A program made the translations under genes and the position numbers. A DNA stretch of 64,000 nt from Candidatus Woesearchaeota archaeon (GTDB taxonomy: Archaea; Nanobdellota; Nanobdellia; Woesearchaeales; UBA11576). This document shows positions 20,076 to 30,047 of the stretch, piece after piece (positions within the stretch are counted from its first letter, which is position 1; every line of letters starts with the position of its first letter). The stretch lies in contig JABJCP010000043.1 of the NCBI GenBank assembly GCA_018668595.1, positions 36,490 through 100,489 on the forward strand. The letters run 5' to 3'. Under the pieces are notes generated by a model. It was not told where the DNA came from. It saw nothing but the letters and a program-made list of their open reading frames with translations, and did no database searches.

Positions 20076-21245
20076 TCATCCAAACATTCTAAGATAATCA
20101 TCGCCTTCTAAATTTTCATCACGTTTAACTTTCTTAATGGCTTCTAATAAGTCTTTCTCGAGTATTCTTGTTCTATTTGCACGTATTGCAAAATATCCTG
20201 CTTCAGTACATACTGCTTTGATTTCAGCACCACTATATTCATCAAGGTTTTTGTGGACTTTATCTAAGTTAATACGCTTGTCTAATGTCATATTTTTAGT
20301 GTGAATTGCAAATATTTGTTTAATTCCTTCAATATTAGGAAGTGGTACTTCAATTAATCTATCTAATCTGCCTGGTCTTGTTACTGCAGGATCTAGTATA
20401 TCTTTTCTATTAGTACAACCAATTATTTTTACATCTCCGAGTGGTTTAAAACCATCTATTTCTGCAAGTAATTGCATAAATGTTCTTTGTACTTCTCGCT
20501 CACCACTAGTTCCTATATCAATTCGTGTAGACGCTAGTGCATCAATTTCATCAATAAATATGATAGATGGTGCTTTTTCTCGTGCCATTTGAAATATTTC
20601 TTTTATCATTTTAGCACCTTCACCAATGAATTTTTGAACAAGTTCACTTCCTACAATTTCAATAAAATTTGAATCAGTACTTGCAGCTACTGCTTTTGCA
20701 AGAATTGTTTTTCCTGTTCCTGGAGGTCCATACAAAAGAATTCCTTTTGGAGGATGAATTCCTATTTTTTTGAATAGTTCTGGCTTTTTCAAAGGTAGTT
20801 CAACAACTTCTTTAATTTCATTAATTTGATGATCAAGGCCTCCTACTTCAGACCATTTAATTTTTGGTTTTTCTACTATTACAAATTTATCTACATTAAA
20901 TGTTTTTGCTACAGGAATTACTTTAACAATTGTTAGATTTTTTTGTTCGACAAGAACTGAATCTCCTGATTTTAATTCATTTAATCCTTTACCAATTCCA
21001 ACAAAAAATTCATTGCCATTATTTAATCTTAATATTGCATTTTCATCCATAATTTCTTTTACTTCTGCAACCAATAATGGAGGCTGATGAAATCTTTCTA
21101 GTTCTCGTTTAAGTTGAGTTACTGTTTGTTTAAGAATTTGATTTTCTTGCTCTAATACAGATGCATTCTCAGCATATCCACCCATTAAATTTCGCACTAA
21201 TTCTTCGTCAGATACAGATGTTTTTTTTGAGTTTTTAATTTTCAT
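20076..21245 (-). CDS. pan: Proteasome-activating nucleotidase
   Basis: Coiled coil + OB domain, [29 protein letters not shown]-terminal MFG. Confidence 0.96.
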   Translation of the reverse strand: MKIKNSKKTSVSDEELVRNLMGGYAENASVLEQENQILKQTVTQLKRELERFHQPPLLVAEVKEIMDENAILRLNNGNEFFVGIGKGLNELKSGDSVLVEQKNLTIVKVIPVAKTFNVDKFVIVEKPKIKWSEVGGLDHQINEIKEVVELPLKKPELFKKIGIHPPKGILLYGPPGTGKTILAKAVAASTDSNFIEIVGSELVQKFIGEGAKMIKEIFQMAREKAPSIIFIDEIDALASTRIDIGTSGEREVQRTFMQLLAEIDGFKPLGDVKIIGCTNRKDILDPAVTRPGRLDRLIEVPLPNIEGIKQIFAIHTKNMTLDKRINLDKVHKNLDEYSGAEIKAVCTEAGYFAIRANRTRILEKDLLEAIKKVKRDENLEGDDYLRMFG

Positions 21246-21360
21246 AAATTCTACAATTTCAATCTATCTTATTTAAAGTTTGTGTTTTTTCGGGCTAATA
21301 TGAAATCCTTTTTCTAAATAGAATGTTTTAAATATGAGTTCTCACACAATAAATTATAAA

Positions 21361-22428
21361 ATGACAGATCCTAGAACTAAAAAACTTGCAGATATTTTGG
21401 TTAATTATTCTATAAATGTTAAAACAGGTAATACTATTTTAATTAGATTTCACGTCGATGCTAAGCCATTAGCACTAGAATGTTATAAATTGATCTTAAA
21501 AAAAGGGGCTTATGCTAAACTTAAACCCATAGTTGATGGTTTTTCATATGAATTTTACAAAAACGCGTCTGAAACTCAACTCAATCACGTCTCAAAAATG
21601 GAAAAGTATGAATCAAAAAATATTGATGGACATATTTTTATTGGCGGAGATTATAATACCAAAGAATTTAGCAATATAGATCCTAAAAAAGTTGCAACAA
21701 GAAGAAAAGTTCTCAATCCAATTCTAAAAGCGCGTTTAAAAAAAGATAATTGGGTTCTTTGTAAATATCCAACACATGCATTAGCTCAAGATGCAGAAAT
21801 GTCTTTATCAGAATTCGAAGACTTTTTGTACAAAGCAACGAATATTGAATGGAAAAAAGAAATTAAATTCCAAAAAAAGATTAAAGCTTATCTTGACAAA
21901 GCAAAGCATGTTAGAATTACATGTAAAGATACAGATATCGAATTTTCAATTAAAGGTCGTCAAGGAATCATGTGTTGCGGTGAAAGAAATATGCCTGATG
22001 GAGAAGTTTTTATTGCTCCTGTTGAAAAATCTACTAATGGAAAAATATCATATTCATTTCCTGCAATCTATGGCGGCAAAGAAGTTACAGGAATAAAATT
22101 AGAATTCAAAGCAGGTAAAGTTATCAAAGCTACTGCTGAAAAAAACCAAGCGCTTCTAGAAAAAATGATTAGTATTGACAAAGGTGCAAAATTTTTAGGA
22201 GAATTTGGCATTGGATTAAATAAAGGTCTCAACAAATTCACAAGACAGATTCTTTTTGATGAAAAAATGGGCGGAACAATTCATCTCGCTCTTGGAATGG
22301 CTTACAAAGAAGGTGGTGGAAAAAACGATTCTGCACTTCATTGGGATATGATTAAAGATTTAAGAAAAGGAGGAATAATATATCTTGACGGTAAAATATT
22401 TCAAAAGAATGGAAAGTTTGTTTTCTAA
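21361..22428 (+). CDS. M29 aminopeptidase (AmpS/AmpT)
   Basis: NMPDGEVF, GEFGIG, LFDEKMGGTIHLALG, SALHWD. Confidence 0.95.
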   Translation: MTDPRTKKLADILVNYSINVKTGNTILIRFHVDAKPLALECYKLILKKGAYAKLKPIVDGFSYEFYKNASETQLNHVSKMEKYESKNIDGHIFIGGDYNTKEFSNIDPKKVATRRKVLNPILKARLKKDNWVLCKYPTHALAQDAEMSLSEFEDFLYKATNIEWKKEIKFQKKIKAYLDKAKHVRITCKDTDIEFSIKGRQGIMCCGERNMPDGEVFIAPVEKSTNGKISYSFPAIYGGKEVTGIKLEFKAGKVIKATAEKNQALLEKMISIDKGAKFLGEFGIGLNKGLNKFTRQILFDEKMGGTIHLALGMAYKEGGGKNDSALHWDMIKDLRKGGIIYLDGKIFQKNGKFVF

Positions 22429-22461
22429 AAGATACGGAATATACTAATCTGTAAAAAAACA

Positions 22462-23601
22462 TTAATAATTTATAATTAATAAATTCTTCCCAACTGTAGA
22501 TAAAACCTTAGGTCCTCTAGATGTAATTAACAAATCATCTTCTATTCGAATTCCGTATTTTCCTGGAAAATAAAGTCCTGGTTCAATTGTTATTACCATA
22601 TTCTGTTCTAGAATATCTCCTCCAGAAATTAAACCTTTTTTAACTTTTACATTTGGCGCTTCATGAACATCAATACCCACGCCATGACCTATGTTATGAA
22701 TAAAGTTTTTTGCTTTTGAACCAAATTCAGCAACACTAATTTTATGAACATCTGAATATTTTGTTCCAACAACACATGATTTTATTGCTTTTTTTTGTGC
22801 AGATAAAACCAGATAATAATTTTCAATTTCTTTTTTACTCGGAGTTCCAACATAAAGTATTCTTGTAAGATCAGAGCAATAACCGTTGTATTTCAAACCA
22901 AAATCAATAACTAAAAATCCTTTTCTAATTTTCTTCGGTTGAGCTTTATAATGAGGAGTTGCTCCTCCTGCGCCTGATGCAACTATTGGTCTAAATGATA
23001 ATTCACATCCTGCTTTTATTGTCTCCGAAGTTAAAAATGCTTCAATATCAGTTTCTGTATTAAATTTTTTAATATTCCAAAATAATTTATGAAATATTTG
23101 ATCTGTAATTTTCACTGCTTTTTTGATTTTTTTAATTTCTGATTCTGTTTTTATTTTTCTTAAATTAAAAAGTAAACTTGATATATCTGTAAATTTACAG
23201 TTAAATAATTTTTTGAATTTTTTATAATTGTTTAATTTTATAGAGCTTCCATCTATACCTATTTTTTGATTTTTTGCAATATTAATTTTCGATTTTACGT
23301 CAGAAAACAGATTTTTTGATTTAATAACTTTAACAAATTTAGATACTTTTGATTTTGCAGAATCATATTCCATTTCAGGAACATATAATTTAGCTGATTT
23401 TATGTCAATAACTAATATGCCATAGCCTTTAAAATTTGTTAAATAAAAAAAGTTACTATCAGGATTATTAAAATCCATATTAACAAAAAAAGCACATTTT
23501 ATTTTCTCTTTTGTCAAATATGTTTGCAAATGTTTAATTTTATTCCTGTTTTTTTTTGATTTAATCATTTGAGATTTAATCATTTGAAATTCAATCAGCA
23601 A
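22462..23601 (-). CDS. M24 Xaa-Pro peptidase (prolidase/PepQ-like)
   Basis: DFG..Y.GYCSDLTR, HNIGHGVGIDVHEAP, TIEPGLY, GIRIEDD. Confidence 0.95.
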   Translation of the reverse strand: MLIEFQMIKSQMIKSKKNRNKIKHLQTYLTKEKIKCAFFVNMDFNNPDSNFFYLTNFKGYGILVIDIKSAKLYVPEMEYDSAKSKVSKFVKVIKSKNLFSDVKSKINIAKNQKIGIDGSSIKLNNYKKFKKLFNCKFTDISSLLFNLRKIKTESEIKKIKKAVKITDQIFHKLFWNIKKFNTETDIEAFLTSETIKAGCELSFRPIVASGAGGATPHYKAQPKKIRKGFLVIDFGLKYNGYCSDLTRILYVGTPSKKEIENYYLVLSAQKKAIKSCVVGTKYSDVHKISVAEFGSKAKNFIHNIGHGVGIDVHEAPNVKVKKGLISGGDILEQNMVITIEPGLYFPGKYGIRIEDDLLITSRGPKVLSTVGKNLLIINY

Positions 23602-24693
23602 TTATCTAGTTATAGTATAACTATTAACTTCTTCAAGTAATTTTTTTGCACTTTGGTTCTTTTCAAAATATTCTCTTACTGGTTCTATTAATTTATTTGT
23701 TTCTCGCGCTACAGCACCTTTTAGATCTGCAGGATGTAATTCCCCGCTTCTAAATGCAGCTTCGAGTTCTGCATAATTTGTATATTCTAAGTTCCCACCC
23801 CATTTTTCAGGTCGCTCTATTAGTAAAGAATCTACTTTTTCAAATATTATATATTTGCAATATTCTAAAATTGGATTTTCATTAATTTCTTTTTCTGGAC
23901 AATATGCTTTATTCATTTTTCTTTTAATTTCTTCTTCTGTATCTGTCATCCATATTGCACTATCGGGTTTTGATTTTGACATTTTCATATCTATCATTCT
24001 GTCAACATTGCTTTGTCCGTCTGCTCCTGCAGTTGCACTTGCTGGTTGTCCAAGTCCCATCAACATGTGATGTGAAACTACAACAGGTTTCCAAAAACCA
24101 ATTTTTGGTCCGACTTCTCGTGCTAAAACATTTACTTTTCTCTGATCCATTCCTAACTGAGTTATATCTGCTTTTAGATGGAATATATCTGAGCACTGCA
24201 TGCAAGGATAAAATATCTGCGCAGCACTAAGTCCTTCTCCTTCTTTTCGCCCCATGATTTGTGAACATCTTGTAATTCGTGTAACTGTATTGTTTCTTGC
24301 AACATTTACAACTTTTTTCCAATAGTCACGATCGTCCATTACTTCTGACGCCCATAAGAATTTGATTTTGTCAACATCCATTCCGCATGCTTTCCAAACT
24401 TCTATTTGATATTTTCCAACATTTTGAATTTTATCAAGATCTCCACCCATTTTATTATTCATCCATCCAAACCAATCTGCAACCCACATTTTAAAATTGA
24501 TTCCTGCTTTAATCATTTTATTAACATTGATTGTTCTCATAATTCCTTGTGCCAAATGCAATTTTCCAGATGGTTCAAATCCATCATAAGCTATTGGATT
24601 CTCTTTAGTTTGTAATAACTCGCGTAGTTCTTCTTCTGTTAGAATTTCCTCTCCAACTTCTTTAATAAGGTTCATTCGTGTTTCAATATCCAT
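23602..24693 (-). CDS. tyrS: Tyrosyl-tRNA synthetase
   Basis: AYDGFEPSG, HLAQG, YPCMQCSD, GMDQRK, KMSKS, LHPADLK. Confidence 0.97.
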   Translation of the reverse strand: MDIETRMNLIKEVGEEILTEEELRELLQTKENPIAYDGFEPSGKLHLAQGIMRTINVNKMIKAGINFKMWVADWFGWMNNKMGGDLDKIQNVGKYQIEVWKACGMDVDKIKFLWASEVMDDRDYWKKVVNVARNNTVTRITRCSQIMGRKEGEGLSAAQIFYPCMQCSDIFHLKADITQLGMDQRKVNVLAREVGPKIGFWKPVVVSHHMLMGLGQPASATAGADGQSNVDRMIDMKMSKSKPDSAIWMTDTEEEIKRKMNKAYCPEKEINENPILEYCKYIIFEKVDSLLIERPEKWGGNLEYTNYAELEAAFRSGELHPADLKGAVARETNKLIEPVREYFEKNQSAKKLLEEVNSYTITR

Positions 24694-24851
24694 ATTATAT
24701 CACCTTTTATTTAATCTCTAAAAACATCATAATTATTTAATATGATAAATATATCAAATTTTTGTTATTTATATGTTTTTCTGAATATAATCTTAAAAAC
24801 TAAAAAAAAATCAAGAAAAACGAATATCTAAAAACAAAAAAAACAAAAAAA

Positions 24852-25535
24852 TTATTTTTTTATTGCGACCAGCATAGTAGCATCTCCAGAATCAACATCG
24901 AGACGATTCCAAATTAAAGACTCAGTAATGCTATCCGTGTCAGGCTCAGGAGTATCATACATAAGGGCTCTTCCAAAATATACTCCTTTAACAATCAAAT
25001 TTGGACAAACATTTGAATCATAACTTCTAGCGATTTTTAATGCTCGATCCTGGTCATCTTCGTTTCCTACTATTTTTGCTCCAGGCATTAATTCATAACT
25101 ATATTTGTCACACATTTTTTTCATTACTCTATAAAACGCAGGGTTTTGTGTTCGAGATAATAAAACTTCACAAGGGTTCAACATTAGTTGCATTTCTAAT
25201 AGCAAATTCGCAATACCTTTTTCTTGCAATTCTCGTCTAATTAAAACAGTATTGTAGTAATTAATATCTTGGCAATTAAGATTTATTATTTCATTAACAC
25301 TATAACCTACGATCTTTTCTCCACTTTCAGTTTTTTTTGCTAACAAAATTAAACTATCTGAAGCTCTTGTTCTGCTATCAATTGCTTCGTAAGGTAACCA
25401 TCGTCCGAATGAATCAACTGCAACATCATATAAATTGTCAATAAGTTGATCTTGCCATTCGTTTGTTAATTCTCTAGGATCTAAAACATAATTTACAATG
25501 CCGCGGTCAGATAATTCGGTTCTTATTTCAAGCAA
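24852..25535 (-). CDS. GNAT-fold acetyltransferase (GNAT-1); frame stays open upstream to 25589
   Basis: IVGY, LQEKGIA (Q/RxxGxA), RTQNP; only a TTG start without a well-spaced SD. Confidence 0.75.
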   Translation of the reverse strand: MLEIRTELSDRGIVNYVLDPRELTNEWQDQLIDNLYDVAVDSFGRWLPYEAIDSRTRASDSLILLAKKTESGEKIVGYSVNEIINLNCQDINYYNTVLIRRELQEKGIANLLLEMQLMLNPCEVLLSRTQNPAFYRVMKKMCDKYSYELMPGAKIVGNEDDQDRALKIARSYDSNVCPNLIVKGVYFGRALMYDTPEPDTDSITESLIWNRLDVDSGDATMLVAIKK

Positions 25536-25569
25536 CCTTTTTTTTCTTGATCGATTATTAGCTAAATTG

Positions 25570-25710
25570 TTATCTAAAGGGACAAGATGCTAATTGTTTC
25601 GAACTTGATTCTACTAATGATTTTATTTGTTGTTCTAAGTTTTTATGAATTCCATAAAGTTTTGAATTAATTTCATTATTTATTTTATTTGTTTCGATTG
25701 AATTTTTCAT
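25570..25710 (-). CDS. Unannotated 46-aa upstream ORF MKNSIETNKINNEINSKLYGIHKNLEQQIKSLVESSSKQLASCPFR
   Basis: Translated by hand; GGAGG at 25724-25720, ATG 25710; ends TGT CCC TTT AGA TAA. Confidence 0.7.
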   Translation of the reverse strand: MKNSIETNKINNEINSKLYGIHKNLEQQIKSLVESSSKQLASCPFR

Positions 25711-25754
25711 TTTTTTATTCCTCCATCTAGTTTAATAATTAATAACTAACTAAT

Positions 25755-25797
25755 TAAATAACTAAATAATTAAATAATTAAATAATTAAATAATCAA
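25755..25797. repeat. Imperfect 8-nt tandem repeat (AAATAATT)n
   Basis: ttaaataactaaataattaaataattaaataattaaataatc. Confidence 0.7.
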
Positions 25798-26088
25798 TAA
25801 ATCAATTACCAACATCATAATTTAATCTCGTCGATAAAATTATAATTGATATGATTTTCAGAACTAATGTTTCATTTCAAAGCAAAAAGGATTTCAAACC
25901 ATTGCTTTAAAAAAATAGAAACTTATCATCAGTTTCAAATCTAACTAAAATAAAAATAGAATTCAAATTTTAACAAACAATCTAAATTTTTCATACTTAA
26001 CAGATAAACAATAATCATATTTAAACATATGCATTATTTTTTTGTTCATATTCCGAAAAACTAAAAAAATTAAACAAAAAATTAAAAA

Positions 26089-26487
26089 TTATTTTTCAAG
26101 AGCAATTACTAAAGTTTCTAGTTGTCCTACAGTTAATTTTTCTGGATCAAAGCCTATTTTATCAATTCGTTCAGCCAATTCAGTTTTCTGTTTTTGCTCT
26201 TTTTCAAATTCTTCTTCTTTGAATTCTAAATATTTCTTGATTTTTTCACCAGTAGAATCAAGCCCTATTTCTTCTATTGAAGAATATAGATCTTTTATCT
26301 GATCCAAGCTAAATCTATCCAATTCTAAAATCACATTAGAACTGGGCACAGGCTTAACCAAGGGTTTATCAACAACTTTGCTATCTTTAGTATATGAGGG
26401 TCTACTCGAACCAAACATACTCGGCATTCCATATTGTCCTACTAACATTACTCCTAAAAATATCATACAACTTATTATTTCAATCAT
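26089..26487 (-). CDS. Small protein with N-terminal hydrophobic anchor or signal
   Basis: GAGGT SD; hydrophobic N-terminus, charged helical C-terminus. Confidence 0.65.
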   Translation of the reverse strand: MIEIISCMIFLGVMLVGQYGMPSMFGSSRPSYTKDSKVVDKPLVKPVPSSNVILELDRFSLDQIKDLYSSIEEIGLDSTGEKIKKYLEFKEEEFEKEQKQKTELAERIDKIGFDPEKLTVGQLETLVIALEK

Positions 26488-26554
26488 TTTTCTTTACCTC
26501 TCGATTTCATTTTTTTCATTTTAAATTTGATTAATCAAATCAATTTCAATTAAT

Positions 26555-27160
26555 TTATTCACTGTTTATCACATCATACAATCTTTGTGCTTCAGGAATC
26601 AGATCATTGTTGTCATACAAACTCTCAGGTTCTATTAACAATCCCATATGTACAAAATTTTCACGAACTACTCTGCCTTCATGCACTATTGCAAATATAG
26701 GCATTACTCCAAACACTTCAAATCCTAAATTTCTGAATGTTTTTTGCATCGGTTTCATTCCGCCTCTTGCAAATGCAAATACGTATTGTAAACCTTGTTC
26801 TTTTGCAACACCAACTAATTCTCCACACAGATCCTTGCTAAGTCCATTTCCTCTGTATTCATCTGCAACAACAACTCTTTCAATTTCTCCGCCTTTGATT
26901 ATATCTGCAATTGCTAGTGCTGCAGCACCCACTATTTTTCCATTTTGTGAAGCTACAATATAATGTACATTTGGATCTGCAATCATCCCATTTATGAACT
27001 CAGGATTATTGAGTTTTCCTTCATGTACCAATATGTGTTCAGAAAAAGCAATCTCATACATTTCTGCTATTTGTCCAGAATCTTGAGCAGATGCTAATCT
27101 TATCTCTATATCAGGATGCGCCCTCTCACCAAGCATTTCGCTTACAATAGGGGCAACCAC
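26555..27160 (-). CDS. GNAT acetyltransferase (GNAT-2), resembling beta-lysine acetyltransferase AblB/YodP-type
   Basis: IRLAS..D, GKIVGAA, EYRGNGLS, FAR..M..MQKTF..LGF..FG; start ambiguous (GTG 27160, ATG 27136, or frameshift entry). Confidence 0.85.
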   Translation of the reverse strand: MVAPIVSEMLGERAHPDIEIRLASAQDSGQIAEMYEIAFSEHILVHEGKLNNPEFINGMIADPNVHYIVASQNGKIVGAAALAIADIIKGGEIERVVVADEYRGNGLSKDLCGELVGVAKEQGLQYVFAFARGGMKPMQKTFRNLGFEVFGVMPIFAIVHEGRVVRENFVHMGLLIEPESLYDNNDLIPEAQRLYDVINSE

Positions 27161-27224
27161 CAGTCATCACTTGTTCAAGTCCTTGTGAACTTGATTTGTG
27201 TATTGTATTTATTCGTTCAGTCAT
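27126..27224 (-). CDS. Unannotated 32-aa upstream ORF MTERINTIHKSSSQGLEQVMTGGCPYCKRNAW
   Basis: Translated by hand; GGAGG at 27236-27232, ATG 27224; contains TGC CCC TAT; overlaps GNAT-2, which lies in its +1 frame. Confidence 0.7.
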   Translation of the reverse strand: MTERINTIHKSSSQGLEQVMTGGCPYCKRNAW

Positions 27225-27255
27225 TTTTTTGCCTCCTGTTAAATCTTGCCACATA

Positions 27256-27285
27256 TTACGCTTATTCTAATTACACTTATTCTAA
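27256..27285. repeat. 15-nt direct repeat TTACRCTTATTCTAA x2 in the GNAT/Lrp divergent region
   Basis: ttacgcttattctaa ttacacttattctaa. Confidence 0.7.
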
Positions 27286-27403
27286 TTTCTAATCTACTAT
27301 TGACAAGTTATAATGTAATAAACAAACCCCATATTAAAAATATCTTATCAATTTTTTTGACAAAACCGAAAATATTAAATAAAAAGCTAGGTAAAATAAA
27401 AAT

Positions 27404-28513
27404 ATGAATGATAAAAATAAGCAAATAGTGCAAGGAAGGGTAATAGAAACCAATAAATCACAAGTTTTGCTTGACAAAAAAGATCAACGTATAATTCTAG
27501 AACTCTTCAAAAATGCTAGATCACCTATCAGTCAAATTGCAAAAAAAGTAAAATTATCAAAACAAGTTGTTGATTATAGAATCAAACGCATGGAGCAACA
27601 AAATCTCATTCTCGGTTACACAGCATTTCTCAATAACATGGCAATGGGATATGAAATGTATATTGCTAAATTTCGCCTAAAAAAAATATCTAAAGAAAAA
27701 TTAGAAGAAATAACTAATTTCTTTGTGAATCATCCATTCACTAAATGGGTTGCAACTTGCACAGGTCAATGGGATGTATCTATTGTTTTTATTGCAAAAG
27801 ATATTTTTCACTATAATACTTTAATTCAAGAATTTAATTTTAAATTAAGTGAAAATCTAGTTAAATTCAGAGTTGATCGTTTTATCGAAGAGAATGTTCT
27901 TGGTTTTGATTATTTATTCAAAAATTTATTAAACAAAAATGAGAATAGAACCGACGATATAAATAAAAGTAAAGCTAATAGTAACAATAAAATTGAAAAT
28001 AAAATTAAAAACAAAAACAACAATGGTGCATATACTAAAATAATTAAACTAGATGATATTGATAAACAAATTTTACAAATTTTAGAAACTAATGCTCGTA
28101 CTCCTCTAATCAAAATTGCTAAACAAGTTAACTTAAGTGCTGATGCTGTTAATTATAGAATAAAAAATTTAATAAAAAAAAGAATTATTGTTAAGTTCAT
28201 TCCAAAAATTAATGTCTCTCTTTTACATTATCAATGGTATGTTATTAGTTTATACACCCAAACAAGTTCAGAAAATGAATTTGCAAAATTGATGAGTTTT
28301 CTTAAATCTCAATCTAATATTGTATTTATAATTAGGTGTCCTTCTATTTGGAATATTGAGTTTGATATTCATGTTAAATCATCTAAAGACTTATTTAATT
28401 TGTTAATGGACTTAAGAACTAATTTTTCAGAGATTATTGAAAATATTGAATCTACACTAGTATTTTATGATCATAAATATACTCATCTTCCAAAAGGCAT
28501 TTTAAATGAATAA
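27404..28513 (+). CDS. Tandem (double) Lrp/AsnC transcriptional regulator
   Basis: LDKKDQRIILEL..NAR and LDDIDKQILQIL..NAR wHTH units each followed by a RAM domain; N/K-rich linker. Confidence 0.92.
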   Translation: MNDKNKQIVQGRVIETNKSQVLLDKKDQRIILELFKNARSPISQIAKKVKLSKQVVDYRIKRMEQQNLILGYTAFLNNMAMGYEMYIAKFRLKKISKEKLEEITNFFVNHPFTKWVATCTGQWDVSIVFIAKDIFHYNTLIQEFNFKLSENLVKFRVDRFIEENVLGFDYLFKNLLNKNENRTDDINKSKANSNNKIENKIKNKNNNGAYTKIIKLDDIDKQILQILETNARTPLIKIAKQVNLSADAVNYRIKNLIKKRIIVKFIPKINVSLLHYQWYVISLYTQTSSENEFAKLMSFLKSQSNIVFIIRCPSIWNIEFDIHVKSSKDLFNLLMDLRTNFSEIIENIESTLVFYDHKYTHLPKGILNE

Positions 28514-28662
28514 ACCTTAAAGAAAAAAAGAAAGAAAAATTTGAAATTACACCAAATAAAAACATTTAAATATAAATTCGCATTTATTTTTACTCAAGAG
28601 TTTAAAAAAATAATTATATATGGTACGTTTAAAAACCATTTAAAAACTAGAGGGGGATTATT

Positions 28663-28926
28663 ATGGCTGAAGAGGAAAAAAAATTTTCAAAAGAATTAAT
28701 TGGTAAGACTGTAGTTTCTAAAACAGGTAAGAAATTTGGTCAAGTTGGAGATATTGTTTTTGAAACTAGAAGTGGAGAGCTAATTCATCTTATTCTTGCA
28801 AATCCTACCCAATACATTGATAAATTAGAGCTTGAAAAGGATCGTAAAGGAAACATACTCATCCCATTTAGCTCAGTTATTGCAATAGGGGATTTTTTAG
28901 TTATCTCAGAAGAGGATATTATTTAA
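28663..28926 (+). CDS. PRC-barrel protein (CdpB-like)
   Basis: LIGKTVVS..GKKFGQVGDI, IPFSSVIAIGDFLVI. Confidence 0.9.
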   Translation: MAEEEKKFSKELIGKTVVSKTGKKFGQVGDIVFETRSGELIHLILANPTQYIDKLELEKDRKGNILIPFSSVIAIGDFLVISEEDII

Positions 28927-28936
28927 TATCTGAGTC

Positions 28937-28959
28937 TGAAAATGGAAAATTTCATTTTC
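28937..28959 (+). terminator. Hairpin downstream of the PRC-barrel gene
   Basis: TGAAAATG..CATTTTCA inverted repeat. Confidence 0.35.
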
Positions 28960-29090
28960 ATATTATCTAAAGAAGATATAATAAAATTTTTATTTATTAA
29001 TTTTTATATTTTACTCATTCTTAAATACTAAAGTTTAGATTATAGACTATTTTCACAATCTTTTTATACTACCCTCATTTATTCAAAAAT

Positions 29091-30047
29091 ATGACTTCAG
29101 ATATATGGACTGAAAAATATAGGCCAAAGGTTTTTGCAGATGTTTTAGGTCAAGATGAAATTGTAAAACGTGTAGAGGCTTTTGTTAATAAAAAAAGCAT
29201 GCCTCATTTATTATTTTCAGGTCCTGCAGGAGTAGGTAAAACATCTCTTGCATTGGTAACTGTTAAAGCTTTATTTGGAGATAGTTGGAGAAGTAATTTT
29301 CTTGAACTTAATGCTTCTGATGAGCGAGGAATTGATGTTGTTAGAAATAAAGTAAAAGATTTTGCTCGAACTCGAGCTATTGGCGATGTACCTTTTAAAA
29401 TAATTTATCTTGACGAGTGTGATGCTTTAACTAAAGAAGCTCAACAAGCTCTAAGAAGAACCATGGAAAATTATACTCAAACTTGTAGATTTGTTTTAAG
29501 TTGTAATTATTCTTCAAAGATTATAGATCCTATTCAAAGTCGTTGCGCGATTTTTCGTTTTAAACTTTTACCAAAACAAGATCTTATTAAAGTAATTAAT
29601 TCAATTGCAGAAAAAGAAAATATTAACATTGATGACTCTGCAAAAGAAGCTTTGTTTAATATTTGTGATGGTGATTGTCGTCGTGCTGAAAATATTTTAC
29701 AATCTAGTGCAGTCATCACAGATCATATTACGGATGAAATCATTTATTCTTTAGCATCTGTTGCTCGACCAAAAGAAATTAAAGAAATAATTCAATTAGC
29801 ATTAAATAATAAATTTATTGATAGTAGAAAAAAACTTCTGGATATTATGCTAGAATATGGTTTATCAGGATTAGATATCATTAAACAAATTCAAAAAGAA
29901 GTTCCAAAAATAGATGCTGAAAACAAAAAGAAAATGGAATTAATTGAATTTTGTGGTGAAGCAGAGTTTAGAATGACTGAAGGTTCTGATGAATATGTAC
30001 AACTAGAAGCTCTTCTTGCAAAAATTGTTTTAGTGGGTTATAAATAA
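29091..30047 (+). CDS. rfcS: Replication factor C small subunit
   Basis: WTEKYRP, GPAGVGKT, ELNASDERG, DECD, SRC; no intein. Confidence 0.97.
   Translation: MTSDIWTEKYRPKVFADVLGQDEIVKRVEAFVNKKSMPHLLFSGPAGVGKTSLALVTVKALFGDSWRSNFLELNASDERGIDVVRNKVKDFARTRAIGDVPFKIIYLDECDALTKEAQQALRRTMENYTQTCRFVLSCNYSSKIIDPIQSRCAIFRFKLLPKQDLIKVINSIAEKENINIDDSAKEALFNICDGDCRRAENILQSSAVITDHITDEIIYSLASVARPKEIKEIIQLALNNKFIDSRKKLLDIMLEYGLSGLDIIKQIQKEVPKIDAENKKKMELIEFCGEAEFRMTEGSDEYVQLEALLAKIVLVGYK

Noticed and set aside
25740-25800. CRISPR-like repeats
   Set aside because: 8-nt AT-only tandem units with no spacers.
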